A stretch of DNA of 64,000 nt from the NCBI GenBank assembly GCA_902589175.1, contig CACIRX010000001.1, forward strand, positions 67,983 to 131,982, written 5' to 3'. The DNA comes from an uncultured Pelagibacteraceae bacterium (GTDB taxonomy: Bacteria > Pseudomonadota > Alphaproteobacteria > Pelagibacterales > AG-422-B15). The position numbers were made by a program, and so were the translations under genes. This document shows positions 52,568 through 62,596 of the stretch, piece by piece (position 1 is the first letter of the stretch; the number at the start of each line of letters is the position of its first letter). The notes beneath the pieces were generated by a model. The model ran no database searches, was not told where the DNA came from, and saw only the letters and a list, made by a program, of their open reading frames with translations.

Positions 52568-53857
52568 ATGTTAGAAAATATTTTTAAATTAAAAGAGAAC
52601 GGCACCAGTGTAAAAACTGAATTATTGGCAGGTTTAGCCACGTTCTTAACAATGGCATATATTATTGTCGTTAATCCGGCCATCTTATCTACTGAGGGGA
52701 CTGGTATGGATTTTGGCGGTGTATTTGTTGCCACAATCATAGCTGCTGTAGTTGGCTGTCTAATAATGGGCCTGTGGGCTAATTGGCCAATTGCCCTAGC
52801 ACCTGGTATGGGTTTAAACGCTTTCTTTGCTTTTGGAGTTGTATTTGGAATGGGTTATACTTACCAGCAGGCTCTTGCCGCAGTGTTTATTGCAGGGATA
52901 GTATTTTTAATTTTGTCTGTAACACCAGCACGTCAGTGGATAATAAATAGCATACCAAAAAGTATGAAGTTTGGCGTAGGGGCAGGCATAGGATTGTTCT
53001 TAGCTATTATAGGATTAAAAAATGCTGGCGTGGTTGTCGATAATCCTGCAACTTTAGTTGGTTTAGGTGATGTAAGTTCAATGCCTGTGATATTGGCTGC
53101 TGTCGGATTCGCAATTATGGCAATTTTAGATAAGCGTGGTGTTCCAGGATCAATTATCATCGGTATACTTGCAGTAAGTATTATTGCTTGGGTAAGCGGT
53201 GTGAGCGCAATTGATGGAGTTGTGGGATCAGTTCCACCAGCTGTTCATGCGTTCTCAATGGACTTTAGTCTTGTAGCAACAGCAGGTTTTATTGGTGTCG
53301 CATTTGCCTTTCTTTTTGTAGACTTTTTTGATACTGCTGGAACCCTTACTTCAGTTGCTAATTTAACTGGTAAAGTTGACCAAGACGGAAACGTTGATGG
53401 GATAGGTAGAGCAGTTTTAGCAGACTCCACCGCTACAACAATCGGTGCATTAGTTGGAACTTCGAATACTACATCTTACATTGAATCTGGAGCAGGCGTT
53501 AAAGAAGGTGGGCGAACAGGACTTACAGCGGTTGCTGTAGCGGTTCTTTTTGCAATCTGCTTATTTTTAGCACCATTAGCTCAAAGTATTCCTGCGTTTG
53601 CAACTGCTCCAGCTCTAGTGTTTGTTGCAACATTCTTTTTGAAAAACCTAAGGGATATAGAATGGGATGATGTCAGTGAATATGCCCCAGCAGTGTTAGC
53701 GGCAGTTTTGATGCCTCTCACATTCAGTATTGCTCATGGAATTGCACTTGGTTTTATAGCTTACGTTGTAATTAAAGCACTAAGTGGTAGGCATGAAGAC
53801 CTAAATGCTGGTTCGATAGTGATTGGAGTATTATCGGTTCTATACTTTATCTTCTAG
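52568..53857 (+). CDS. NCS2/AzgA-family purine (adenine/guanine/hypoxanthine) permease
   Basis: 'FKLKENGTSVKTELLAGLATFLTMAYIIVVNP' AzgA-type N-terminus, polytopic. Strong GGAGG Shine-Dalgarno 6 nt upstream. Confidence 0.85.
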   Translation: MLENIFKLKENGTSVKTELLAGLATFLTMAYIIVVNPAILSTEGTGMDFGGVFVATIIAAVVGCLIMGLWANWPIALAPGMGLNAFFAFGVVFGMGYTYQQALAAVFIAGIVFLILSVTPARQWIINSIPKSMKFGVGAGIGLFLAIIGLKNAGVVVDNPATLVGLGDVSSMPVILAAVGFAIMAILDKRGVPGSIIIGILAVSIIAWVSGVSAIDGVVGSVPPAVHAFSMDFSLVATAGFIGVAFAFLFVDFFDTAGTLTSVANLTGKVDQDGNVDGIGRAVLADSTATTIGALVGTSNTTSYIESGAGVKEGGRTGLTAVAVAVLFAICLFLAPLAQSIPAFATAPALVFVATFFLKNLRDIEWDDVSEYAPAVLAAVLMPLTFSIAHGIALGFIAYVVIKALSGRHEDLNAGSIVIGVLSVLYFIF

Positions 53858-53862
53858 TTTAG

Positions 53863-54309
53863 TTAATGATTGGCTTTGTCTTCCTCATCCCAGGGGAAGA
53901 CAGGCCAAGTTTCTTGTGTAATTTCCTCGACATATGTATCAGCTAGAGGCAGACCTCTTGGTTTCGCATATATTACAGCTAAGTGCATATTAGGCATGTA
54001 TTCCTTTAGCGCTTTAGCGGTACCACCTTTATCAACAATATCATCTATGACGAGTACAACATCATCAGTTTTCGGAGCTCTGTGAACAATTGCTTTTCCA
54101 GCCTCTCTATGGATATAACTTTGTATGGAAACAATATCTACGTCCTGAATTCCAAGAGTGTAAGCGACAACTGAAGCAGGTACAAATCCACCTCGAGAGA
54201 CAACAACCATTTTATCAAATTTAATATTTTTTTCTTTTATGAGATGCGCGAGCTTAACCGCTTTTTCGTGCATTTCTTCATATGAAGGAAATACTAGTTT
54301 ATGGTCCAT
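53863..54309 (-). CDS. gpt: Xanthine-guanine phosphoribosyltransferase
   Basis: 148 aa, collinear with E. coli Gpt as I recall it: 'VVSRGGFVPA', PRPP loop 'VLVIDDIVDKGGTA', 'TWPVFPWD'. Confidence 0.85.
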   Translation of the reverse strand: MDHKLVFPSYEEMHEKAVKLAHLIKEKNIKFDKMVVVSRGGFVPASVVAYTLGIQDVDIVSIQSYIHREAGKAIVHRAPKTDDVVLVIDDIVDKGGTAKALKEYMPNMHLAVIYAKPRGLPLADTYVEEITQETWPVFPWDEEDKANH

Positions 54310-54311
54310 GT

Positions 54312-55400
54312 TTAATTATTAAATAAAAAATGCATTATGTCACCATCTTGTACTACATAATCCTTACCTTCGCTGCGCATCTTTCCAAGTTCTTTCGCTT
54401 TTAACTCTCCTTCGCAATCTAAATAATCTGTATATGATATAGTTTCAGCTCTAATGAAGCCTTTTTCAAAGTCTGTGTGAATTTTTCCTGCTGCTTTTGG
54501 TGCAGTAGTGCCATTTTCAATCGTCCATGCCCTTGTTTCTTGTTCGCCAGCAGTGAAATAAGTAATTAAGTTAAGAGTCGAATATCCAGCTTTTATAACC
54601 TTATTCAAGCCAGACTCATCTAATCCTAGACTTTCAAGATAATCTTTTTGATCGTCTTCATTTAAAGACGAGATTTGTGACTCAATTTCTGCTGAAATCT
54701 TAATTAATTTAGAATTCAGAAAATTTTCAATTTTTAAAGTTAGTTCATTACCTTCAATTATTGAATTTTCATCAACATTACATACGTAAATTGTTGGCTT
54801 GATTGTTATTAAGTTGAACTCTTTTATATGCGCGAAGATTTCATTTAAATTCTTCATTAAAATAGCAGGCTGACCTGATTCTAAGTGTTTAAGTAGAAGC
54901 TTCAAAGCTTCTGTTTTTATTTTGGCTTCTTTATCACCTTTTTTTACTAGTTTTTCTAGTCCTTTATTTATTTTTTCGAGTTGTTCGATGTCGGATAGAA
55001 CTAATTCAGTATTAATCGTTTCAATATCATCAATAGGATCTATTTTGTTGTTTACATGAGTAATATTAGTATCTTCAAAACAGCGAACCACATGAATAAC
55101 TGCGTCTACTTCTCTAATATGAGATAAAAATTTATTTCCGAGTCCCTCTCCTTTAGAAGCACCTTTAACTAAACCCGCTATATCGTAAAAACTAAGAGAT
55201 GTTGGTATTGTTTTTTTTGATTTTGCTAAATTGGATAGAGTTTCTACTCTTGTATCAGGCACTATCACAGTACCCTCATTTGGTTCAATGGTACAAAAAG
55301 GATAGTTTGCTGCTTCAGCCGCTATTTTCTTTGTTAATGCATTAAACAATGTTGATTTCCCAACATTTGGCAATCCTACAATTCCACACTTAAATCCCAT
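54312..55400 (-). CDS. ychF: Ribosome-binding ATPase YchF
   Basis: 'GIVGLPNVGKSTLFNALT' and the C-terminal TGS-like 'FIRAE'. Confidence 0.95.
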   Translation of the reverse strand: MGFKCGIVGLPNVGKSTLFNALTKKIAAEAANYPFCTIEPNEGTVIVPDTRVETLSNLAKSKKTIPTSLSFYDIAGLVKGASKGEGLGNKFLSHIREVDAVIHVVRCFEDTNITHVNNKIDPIDDIETINTELVLSDIEQLEKINKGLEKLVKKGDKEAKIKTEALKLLLKHLESGQPAILMKNLNEIFAHIKEFNLITIKPTIYVCNVDENSIIEGNELTLKIENFLNSKLIKISAEIESQISSLNEDDQKDYLESLGLDESGLNKVIKAGYSTLNLITYFTAGEQETRAWTIENGTTAPKAAGKIHTDFEKGFIRAETISYTDYLDCEGELKAKELGKMRSEGKDYVVQDGDIMHFLFNN

Positions 55401-55406
55401 GATCGA

Positions 55407-55961
55407 TTATTTTAAATTATTAATAAATTTGGATTTTTCTCCATCTAATAATATTTTTATATTTTCAGACATTTTTATATTTAATTCATTAATAACTTCT
55501 AACTCACTTTTTTTAAAATTACTTAATACATGTTTATTAACCATTTCTTTATCACCCGGATGATTTATACCTATTCTTATTCTATTATAATTTTTTCCAA
55601 TCTTACTATCTATTGATTTGAGCCCATTATGACCTGCGGAAGAACCTCCCAACTTGATTTTTATTTTTCCTAAAGTGATATCTAGATCATCATGAATAAC
55701 ATAAGCTAAATTTGATTTAATTTTGAAAAAGTTTAAGAAAGTTGCAATACTTTTACCACACTCATTCATATAATTATTGGATTTAAAGGTATATATTTTT
55801 TTCTTTCCAATAAGAAACGATGCCAACTCCCCATCAAATTTCTTTTCTCTCATTACATCATCATGATCTTTTAAAAGCTGATCGATACATAAATAGCCCA
55901 CATTATGTCTATTATTTTTATGCTTTGTGCCAGGATTCCCTAATCCGATTAATGCAATCAT
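55407..55961 (-). CDS. pth: Peptidyl-tRNA hydrolase
   Basis: 'LIGLGNPG...NRHNVGY' and 'GGSSAGHNGLKSI'. Confidence 0.9.
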   Translation of the reverse strand: MIALIGLGNPGTKHKNNRHNVGYLCIDQLLKDHDDVMREKKFDGELASFLIGKKKIYTFKSNNYMNECGKSIATFLNFFKIKSNLAYVIHDDLDITLGKIKIKLGGSSAGHNGLKSIDSKIGKNYNRIRIGINHPGDKEMVNKHVLSNFKKSELEVINELNIKMSENIKILLDGEKSKFINNLK

Positions 55962-56006
55962 ATGATTGAAGATATATAAATATCAAAATAGGTAAAAGAA
56001 AAAGTG

Positions 56007-56708
56007 CTATTCTTTATCTTTGTTTTCTTCTTTATTATCAGCCTCTGGAGCTGCATCTTTTTTATCTTCAGCAGCGGCACCACCCTCAGTAGCTTCACCT
56101 TCAGCTGCCTCACCTTCTGCAGGAGCTTCAGGTTCTTTTACAACAGTAGGTGCAGCAACAGATGCTACAGTGAAATCTCGATCACTAATTGTTGGAGAAA
56201 TTCCATCACCTAAATTTGCTGCAGAAATTCTGATTGTGTCACCTATTTCTAAACCCTCTAGATCAAAAACTATCTCTTCAGGTATATTATTAGCAGGGCA
56301 ACTTAGTTGTACAGTACGTCTATTAACATTTAGAACACCGCCTCGTTTTAATCCAGGTGATAATTCTTCATTTATAAACCTAGTAGGAATGTCTAGAGTA
56401 ATTTTTGAGTCTGCAGCTAGTCTTAAAAAATCAATGTGTATAGGTTGATCAGAAAGTGGATCAAATTGAACCTCTCTTGGAATTGCTAAGCTTTTCTTTC
56501 CATCAATGTTAAGTGAAAATATTCTAGTTAGGAAACCACCAGAATTGATCTCTTTTTGAATTGTAATCTTATCTAATGATATATTTACAGGGTTTTCACC
56601 TAAACCATACATAACTGAAGGAATCTTACCTGCAGCTAGTACTTTTTTTACAGCGGATTTACCAGATCCATCCCTGATTTCAGCGTTTAAATTACTTTCT
56701 TTGCTCAT
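56007..56708 (-). CDS. rplY: Ribosomal protein L25 / general stress protein Ctc, with an acidic Ala/Glu/Gly-rich C-terminal tail
   Basis: Two-domain Ctc-type L25 ('GKIPSVMYG', 'PIHIDFLR'). prs-rplY-pth-ychF synteny. Confidence 0.9.
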   Translation of the reverse strand: MSKESNLNAEIRDGSGKSAVKKVLAAGKIPSVMYGLGENPVNISLDKITIQKEINSGGFLTRIFSLNIDGKKSLAIPREVQFDPLSDQPIHIDFLRLAADSKITLDIPTRFINEELSPGLKRGGVLNVNRRTVQLSCPANNIPEEIVFDLEGLEIGDTIRISAANLGDGISPTISDRDFTVASVAAPTVVKEPEAPAEGEAAEGEATEGGAAAEDKKDAAPEADNKEENKDKE

Positions 56709-56759
56709 AACGATGAGGTTGGTATTAAATTAAAATTACCTATATGGCAAGTATATAAA

Positions 56760-57695
56760 TTAAAATTCAAATAGACTTGATACTGAGCTCGCCTCGGATA
56801 TCCTCTTAATTGCCTCGCCCAATAAATCTGAGATGCTAATCGACCTAATTTTCTCACAAGCTTTTAATTTTTCCTGATTATTGATTGAATCTGTAATTAC
56901 TAGTTCAGTCAATTTTGATGCACTAATTTTTTCTAAGGCCTTACCTGTTAAAACTCCGTGAGTAACATAAGAAGTGATACTATTAGCCCCTAAATCTATA
57001 ATTTTGTCAGCTGCATTACAAATTGTTCCTGCTGAGTCAATGATATCATCTAGAATAATACAATCCTTTCCTTTTACGTCTCCAATTATATTCATTACCT
57101 CACTTTCACCTGCTCTGGGTCTTCTTTTATCAACAATAGCAATTGAGGCTCCGATCTTATTTGCAATTGCTCTTGCCCTCACAACTCCCCCAATATCAGG
57201 AGAAACTGCAACTAGATTACTAATTTCATATTTTTCTTTTATGTCTTTTGAAAATACTGGACCTGCAAATAAATTATCTGTTGGTATGTCAAAAAATCCC
57301 TGTATCTGTTCAGCATGAAGATCTAAAGTAAGTACTCTGTCTGCTCCAGCAGTTGTTATTAAATTTGCAACTAATTTTGCAGAGATAGGGGTTCTTGGCC
57401 CTGGTTTTCTATCTTGACGTGCATATCCATAATAAGGGATCACTGCAGTAATCCTTTTTGCTGAAGCTCTTTTCAGTGCATCTATCATCACCAGTAGTTC
57501 CATTATATTGTCATTCGCTGGGTAAGATAGAGACTCCATTACGAATACATCCTCACCACGAATGTTTTCTTTAATTTCTACATAAACTTCATCATCAGCA
57601 AATCTTGTAATAGAAGCATTTGTAAGGTTTTCGCCAAGATATTCTGCGACGCTCTTAGATAAAGGTAAATTGCTGTTTCCTGCAATAATTCTCAT
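56760..57695 (-). CDS. prs: Ribose-phosphate pyrophosphokinase
   Basis: '[14 protein letters not shown]', PRPP-binding '[13 protein letters not shown]'. Confidence 0.95.
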   Translation of the reverse strand: MRIIAGNSNLPLSKSVAEYLGENLTNASITRFADDEVYVEIKENIRGEDVFVMESLSYPANDNIMELLVMIDALKRASAKRITAVIPYYGYARQDRKPGPRTPISAKLVANLITTAGADRVLTLDLHAEQIQGFFDIPTDNLFAGPVFSKDIKEKYEISNLVAVSPDIGGVVRARAIANKIGASIAIVDKRRPRAGESEVMNIIGDVKGKDCIILDDIIDSAGTICNAADKIIDLGANSITSYVTHGVLTGKALEKISASKLTELVITDSINNQEKLKACEKIRSISISDLLGEAIKRISEASSVSSLFEF

Positions 57696-57698
57696 AAT

Positions 57699-58454
57699 TT
57701 ATCTGTCTTTTATAACAATTGTTGAAATCATTCTACCATAATCGGTTATATTTTTTTTATAATTTCTTCGATAGCTAAAACATAATGTTTCTTCGCTGAA
57801 AGTATCGACATCAACAATTTCGTGGTTAGTAATTTGCTCATCAGAAAGTATCTTGAGAATGAATTCAGTAAGTGAAAACAGATATCTGTTATTATGATTT
57901 TTTTGAAAAAATCTTGCATTATCTTGATCTTGTTTAATGAAGTTTTTGTAAAAAGGCAATCTTACCTCATAGGATTTTTGTCTTATACATGGGCCAATAC
58001 TGCAGCGTATATTATCTCTCTTTCCGCCCAGCTTGGTTATTTGTAAAATTGTATTTTGAATTATGCCATTCAAGGCACCTTTCCAGCCTGCATGACAAGC
58101 TCCTATTATTTCATTTTTCACTTCATAAAATAATAATGGAGCACAATCAGCCGTTAATACTGATAAGATTTTATTATTTTCTTTAGTTACAATCCCGTCA
58201 CATTTTAAAATTTCAGACTTATTGCTGCTATCTAAAACTATTGCATTAGAAGAGTGTGTTTGATGCATAGTAATAATATCAGACTTTTTTAAACCGTAAT
58301 ATCTAGAAATAGCGACTAAATTTTCTTCAATAGCACCATTCTCATCTTTTGATCCTTTTCCACAATTTAATGATTTATATCTTCCTTGCGAAACACCACC
58401 CAATCTTGAAAAGAAACAATGATCTATATTTGAGAGATTTTTTGTAAAAAACAT
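57699..58454 (-). CDS. pgeF: YfiH/PgeF laccase-domain protein (purine nucleoside phosphorylase / peptidoglycan editing factor family)
   Basis: 'MHQTHSSNAIV', 'TADCAPLLF', 'CHAGWKG' motifs. Confidence 0.8.
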   Translation of the reverse strand: MFFTKNLSNIDHCFFSRLGGVSQGRYKSLNCGKGSKDENGAIEENLVAISRYYGLKKSDIITMHQTHSSNAIVLDSSNKSEILKCDGIVTKENNKILSVLTADCAPLLFYEVKNEIIGACHAGWKGALNGIIQNTILQITKLGGKRDNIRCSIGPCIRQKSYEVRLPFYKNFIKQDQDNARFFQKNHNNRYLFSLTEFILKILSDEQITNHEIVDVDTFSEETLCFSYRRNYKKNITDYGRMISTIVIKDR

Positions 58455-59482
58455 TAAATATTAATTTCCAAAACTTTAAATAAATTTCCCATATATTCTC
58501 TTTTGGTAAGTATTGCCAACTGTTCGTTTATTTGCTTTTCTTTCTTTGGGTTTTTCTTAATTAAGATATTAGCTCGATCTAAAATTCCATTTTGTCGAAG
58601 GAAATTAGATTGAGTATTTATTATAAAGTCATCAATTTTATTTTCTTCTAAAATATTTTGCAGGTTATTAAAGTCTACATGATATGTGATATCTTGATTA
58701 CCTGGGTTATCAAGAAAATCAGTCTTTTTATTTGATTTAATTGACTGAAGTGTACTTATCTTAGGTAGATTAATATATCCATAATCAATTAGTAAGAAAA
58801 AACCATTATTCATAAGCAAGAAATTGATCAATTCCCGAAAGATTAAATTAGTCTCAGGAGAAAATTCAATTACCTCAAGATGCTTAAGGTCTTGCATATT
58901 TTTTACGAATTTAGAAGTATCTTGTCTCGGCTTAATATAGTCAAATCTAAGACTATCCTTTTGATCCAATTTAATAACCGTTTCATAAATATTTCCATTC
59001 CTACTCATTAATTGGCGCGTAGGTATCGCATCAAAAAACTCATTTGCAATTATTACTGAAAATTCATTGGGATATGAATTGAAATTTTTATGTATCTTAC
59101 AATTGGGATAGTTATTTTTTAGATTTTGAATATAGAATTTATTAATTTCATTAAAGTGAATTGTATACTCGACATCTTTATCTAATAAAGCATTGAGTAC
59201 TCTAGTAATATCGTTTATCAGAGCGCCTCTTCCTGGTCCAAGTTCAATTAAATTAAACTTTTTTATGTTTCTTGCATGAATGAGATTTAATATTTTTACA
59301 GCAATTATTTCACCAAACATTTGAGATATTTCAGGCGCAGTAACAAAATCTCCATCTTTGCCTATAGCTTTGTTAGACGTATAATATCCATACTCTTCAT
59401 CTCTTAATGAAATATTCATAAAATCATCTAGATAGAGAAATGCACTTTCTTTTAAAGCATCGTAAATTTTATCTTGTATCAT
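58454..59482 (-). CDS. Class I SAM-dependent methyltransferase, DUF185 (NDUFAF7/MidA-like)
   Basis: 'GDFVTAPEISQMFGE' and 'ELGPGRGAL' motifs. lgt-DUF185-pgeF synteny. Confidence 0.75.
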   Translation of the reverse strand: MIQDKIYDALKESAFLYLDDFMNISLRDEEYGYYTSNKAIGKDGDFVTAPEISQMFGEIIAVKILNLIHARNIKKFNLIELGPGRGALINDITRVLNALLDKDVEYTIHFNEINKFYIQNLKNNYPNCKIHKNFNSYPNEFSVIIANEFFDAIPTRQLMSRNGNIYETVIKLDQKDSLRFDYIKPRQDTSKFVKNMQDLKHLEVIEFSPETNLIFRELINFLLMNNGFFLLIDYGYINLPKISTLQSIKSNKKTDFLDNPGNQDITYHVDFNNLQNILEENKIDDFIINTQSNFLRQNGILDRANILIKKNPKKEKQINEQLAILTKREYMGNLFKVLEINI

Positions 59483-60281
59483 TTTTAATGCTTTTAATTA
59501 CTAAAATTAAAATTCCAGCAAGAAACATTGGTAAAGATAATATCATGCCCATTGTAAGAAAATGATATACAAATCCTAATTGAATATCGGGCTCGCGTGT
59601 AAACTCAACGGTAAATCGAAATAACCCATAAAGCATCAGAAAGACTCCTGAAATTATTCCAGGGTTTTTAAGTTTTTTAAATTTAAAAATTAAAAAATTT
59701 AAAATTATAAATAATAAAAGTCCTTCTAAAAAAGCTTCATATAATTGACTTGGATGACGATACTGGTTGTCAGCGTTTGGAAATTTCATCCCAATAAGAA
59801 AATTTGAAGGTCTACCAAATAATTCGCCATTAATAAAATTTGATATTCTGCCAAAAAATATTCCAACTGGAGCTGATACACATATCAAATCGCTTATTTC
59901 AAAAAAAGTAGTTTTATAGAGCTTTGAAATTATTATGGCGGCTGTAACAATACCAAGCAAACCTCCGTGGAAGGATAAACCTCCTTGCCAAAGATATAAT
60001 ATCTCAATTAGATTTTCAGAGTAATAACCATAATTATAGAAAATCACATATCCCAATCGTGCTCCTATAATTAATCCAATTATTGAATAAAAAATCAGAT
60101 CATCAATTAGTTTTTCATTTATACCATTACTATGAGAAACTGCTTTATTTGAAGCGAGATATTTAATGTATCTCCAAGCAAATATAAATCCTACAATATA
60201 CGCAAGTGAGTACCAACGGATATCAAGAGGACCAATCGAAAAAAAAACTGGACTAATAGATGGAAAACTAAGATAAATCAC
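59469..60281 (-). CDS. lgt: Prolipoprotein diacylglyceryl transferase
   Basis: 'IRWYSLAYIVGF', 'WQGGLSFHGGLLG', 'HPSQLYE' Lgt motifs. Confidence 0.9.
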   Translation of the reverse strand: MIYLSFPSISPVFFSIGPLDIRWYSLAYIVGFIFAWRYIKYLASNKAVSHSNGINEKLIDDLIFYSIIGLIIGARLGYVIFYNYGYYSENLIEILYLWQGGLSFHGGLLGIVTAAIIISKLYKTTFFEISDLICVSAPVGIFFGRISNFINGELFGRPSNFLIGMKFPNADNQYRHPSQLYEAFLEGLLLFIILNFLIFKFKKLKNPGIISGVFLMLYGLFRFTVEFTREPDIQLGFVYHFLTMGMILSLPMFLAGILILVIKSIKNDTR

Positions 60282-60322
60282 GTTAATTTTGAATAATATT
60301 TAAAATATATTTATCACTAATT

Positions 60323-60472
60323 ATGATCACAAGGAAAGTTTTAATTAATAAATTTGTTAACTTTGTTACAAAAGGCTTTGAGCTTTCGCAAGCGATCAAT
60401 GATGAATACAAAACAATAAAAAAGTTTAAAAAAGATAGAAATAATGCCAAAGAAAAAAAACACTGCAAGTAG
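60323..60472 (+). CDS. Candidate 49-aa ORF (MITRKVLINKFVNFVTKGFELSQAINDEYKTIKKFKKDRNNAKEKKHCK), possibly a truncated UbiK/YqiC-like coiled-coil protein
   Basis: Below the ORF-track cutoff. It occupies the otherwise empty lgt/proC spacer and overlaps the proC start by 29 nt. There is a loose pattern match (L..F....T......Q....E..T) to the N-terminus of UbiK/BMFP as I recall it. Weak evidence. Confidence 0.3.
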   Translation: MITRKVLINKFVNFVTKGFELSQAINDEYKTIKKFKKDRNNAKEKKHCK

Positions 60473-61295
60473 TTTAAATAAAGAAAAATTTTTAATAATT
60501 GGTGCTGGTAATATGGGAATTGCTGTGATCAAGTCATTATTTAACCACCGAATTTCCTCAAAAAAAATCGTGGTTATTGAAAAGAATCAGTCAAGTGAAT
60601 TGAAAAAATTAAAAAGATCAAATAATTTTGAAATAAAAAATAGCATAGATAAAATTAATAATCTTTATCAACCTACAATCACACTTATTGCGGTTAAGCC
60701 TAATCAATTAAAAACACTGAATGGATTAGATAAAGATAATAGACTTGGTAATTCAATTATAGTTTCCGTAGTTGCTGGTAAAAAAATAAAAGATTTAAAT
60801 AAAGTCTTCAAAAAAACATCAGGCATTGTAAGAGCTATGACTAATACTCCTGTATCCGTTAATATGGGTACCACAATTGTATATTTTGAGAGAAAAATAA
60901 AAACGAAACAAAAAAAACCTATTTTAGATTTCATGTCCTTATTGGGGCAAGTCAGTGAAACCAAAAAAGAAGATTTAATTGATGATTTCACTGCAATTTT
61001 TGGGAGTGGTCCAGCATACATATATCTTTTTATAAATTCTCTCACTGAGATAGCTAATAAATCGGGGTTTAAAAATTCGGACAGTATGGTTTTACAGACT
61101 TTCTTAGGATCAATATTACTTTTATTAAGTGGAAAAAAAAAGCCTTCTGATTTACAGAAAAAGGTGACAAGTAAGGGAGGCACCACTGAAGCAGCGCTGA
61201 GTATTCTTGCTTCCAATAAAGGGTTAAAAAGTCTTCTTACAAGAGCTGTCAACAAAGCTACAAAAAGATCTAGAGAATTGAGTAAAATTTCTTAA
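60444..61295 (+). CDS. proC: Pyrroline-5-carboxylate reductase
   Basis: Rossmann 'IIGAGNMG', 'GSGPAY', 'SKGGTTEAAL'. Confidence 0.85.
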   Translation: MPKKKNTASSLNKEKFLIIGAGNMGIAVIKSLFNHRISSKKIVVIEKNQSSELKKLKRSNNFEIKNSIDKINNLYQPTITLIAVKPNQLKTLNGLDKDNRLGNSIIVSVVAGKKIKDLNKVFKKTSGIVRAMTNTPVSVNMGTTIVYFERKIKTKQKKPILDFMSLLGQVSETKKEDLIDDFTAIFGSGPAYIYLFINSLTEIANKSGFKNSDSMVLQTFLGSILLLLSGKKKPSDLQKKVTSKGGTTEAALSILASNKGLKSLLTRAVNKATKRSRELSKIS

Positions 61296-62596
61296 TTTGG
61301 TATTTCAATCGCAACCTCTAAACCTCCTAAATAACTGTCGTGCAGTGATATTTTTCCATTTATTGAATTCAATAAGGATTTAGTTGTAGCTAGACCTAAT
61401 CCAGAGTTTGAGACATTCTGATTTCTACTTTGGTCTACTCTATAGAAAGGTTTAAATACATTATCTTTTTCACTATCAGGAATACCAATTCCATTGTCAT
61501 GAATGTTTATTTTAATTAGGTTTTTGTTTATATCTGCTTTAATTATTATTTTGTCTGATTGTACAATCGCATTATTTAATATATTTGTAATTGAACGAGA
61601 AAAAATATTCTCATTTACGAAAACTTCTTCATCATTAATGATTTCAAGGTTAATTTCATGTTTTGTAAAATGTATATCATTCTTAATATTTATTATTGCC
61701 TCAATAGGATTAATTGTAGATTTATCTTTTGACTCATTTATAGCTGCAAAATCTAAATATTCTACTAGCATCTCATTCATCTGATTTATTTCTAAATTAA
61801 GTTCATTTTTAATTTTATTATCTTTTATTGACTCAAGAAGTAACTTCATTCTCGTGAGAGGAGTTTTTAAGTCGTGACTCACTCCCGCCAACATAAGAGA
61901 TCGTTGTTCAATTTGTCTTGATATTCGATTTTTCATTTTTAAAAACTCCAAACTTGCCTGTCTTACTTCTAGAGCACCTGATACTTTGAAATTATTTACT
62001 TCTTGTCCTTTGCCAAATTGCTCTGCTGCCTTAGCCAAATTCGAAATTGGTTTAACTTGATTTTTCAAAAATAAATACGCTATCAAAATAAGGATAAATG
62101 ATGAAATAATTTGCCACCCTAAAAATATATGGTTTCTTGAGGTTGTAATACGATGAATTGGGAAGTTAAAATGTATTACTTTTTCTGAAGCGCTTATCAT
62201 AACATCGACTGTTTCGTTATCTTGTTCAATGACAAAAAATTTGTGTTTAATTCTGGTGCTCAGTTCATTTTTTAAACTGATAAGTACTTGATTATCGTTT
62301 TTTTTGGCATTTAATTGGTCCAAATCATATTTGCTCAATTCTTGGATATTCATTAGAAAATAATCACCAAATTGACTTTTGGCTTGATACTGATCTAACC
62401 TGATTTCACTTGAGAGCATTCTGTCAGAAATTAATTCTATTTCCATAGCAACAGATCTTGATAGGCGGTTGAGTGTGCGTTCCCACAAGCTATTATAGTA
62501 ATATGATAGAATTATTAATTGAAACATAATTATTGGGAATAAAACAATTAACACTGTTCTTCCTAAAAGACTCGTTGGTAGAATTTTTTTAATCAT
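61292..62596 (-). CDS. Two-component sensor histidine kinase (EnvZ-like architecture: 2 TM, HAMP, HisKA, HATPase)
   Basis: H-box 'GVSHDLKTPLT', N-box 'ITNILNNAI', G-boxes 'DNGIGIP' and 'GLGLATTKS'. Two hydrophobic segments flank a ~130-aa periplasmic region. Confidence 0.85.
   Translation of the reverse strand: MIKKILPTSLLGRTVLIVLFPIIMFQLIILSYYYNSLWERTLNRLSRSVAMEIELISDRMLSSEIRLDQYQAKSQFGDYFLMNIQELSKYDLDQLNAKKNDNQVLISLKNELSTRIKHKFFVIEQDNETVDVMISASEKVIHFNFPIHRITTSRNHIFLGWQIISSFILILIAYLFLKNQVKPISNLAKAAEQFGKGQEVNNFKVSGALEVRQASLEFLKMKNRISRQIEQRSLMLAGVSHDLKTPLTRMKLLLESIKDNKIKNELNLEINQMNEMLVEYLDFAAINESKDKSTINPIEAIINIKNDIHFTKHEINLEIINDEEVFVNENIFSRSITNILNNAIVQSDKIIIKADINKNLIKINIHDNGIGIPDSEKDNVFKPFYRVDQSRNQNVSNSGLGLATTKSLLNSINGKISLHDSYLGGLEVAIEIPN

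Noticed and set aside
52540-52740. 66-aa minus-strand ORF spanning the purine permease start region.
   Set aside because: It is antisense to the permease N-terminus and its Shine-Dalgarno, and has no motifs. It is a shadow ORF.
60704-61255. Long antisense ORFs inside well-supported genes: 183 aa opposite proC (60704-61255), 175 aa opposite smc (31888-32415), 159 aa opposite the ETF-QO gene (39225-39704), 142 aa opposite rplY (56020-56448) and 120 aa opposite coxA (20741-21103).
   Set aside because: Their translations are low-complexity (S/F/L/I-rich) with no recognisable motifs. They mirror the codon bias of the sense genes: GAA/AAA-rich sense gives a TTC/TTT-rich, stop-poor antisense. There are no plausible RBS or start contexts, so they are shadow ORFs.
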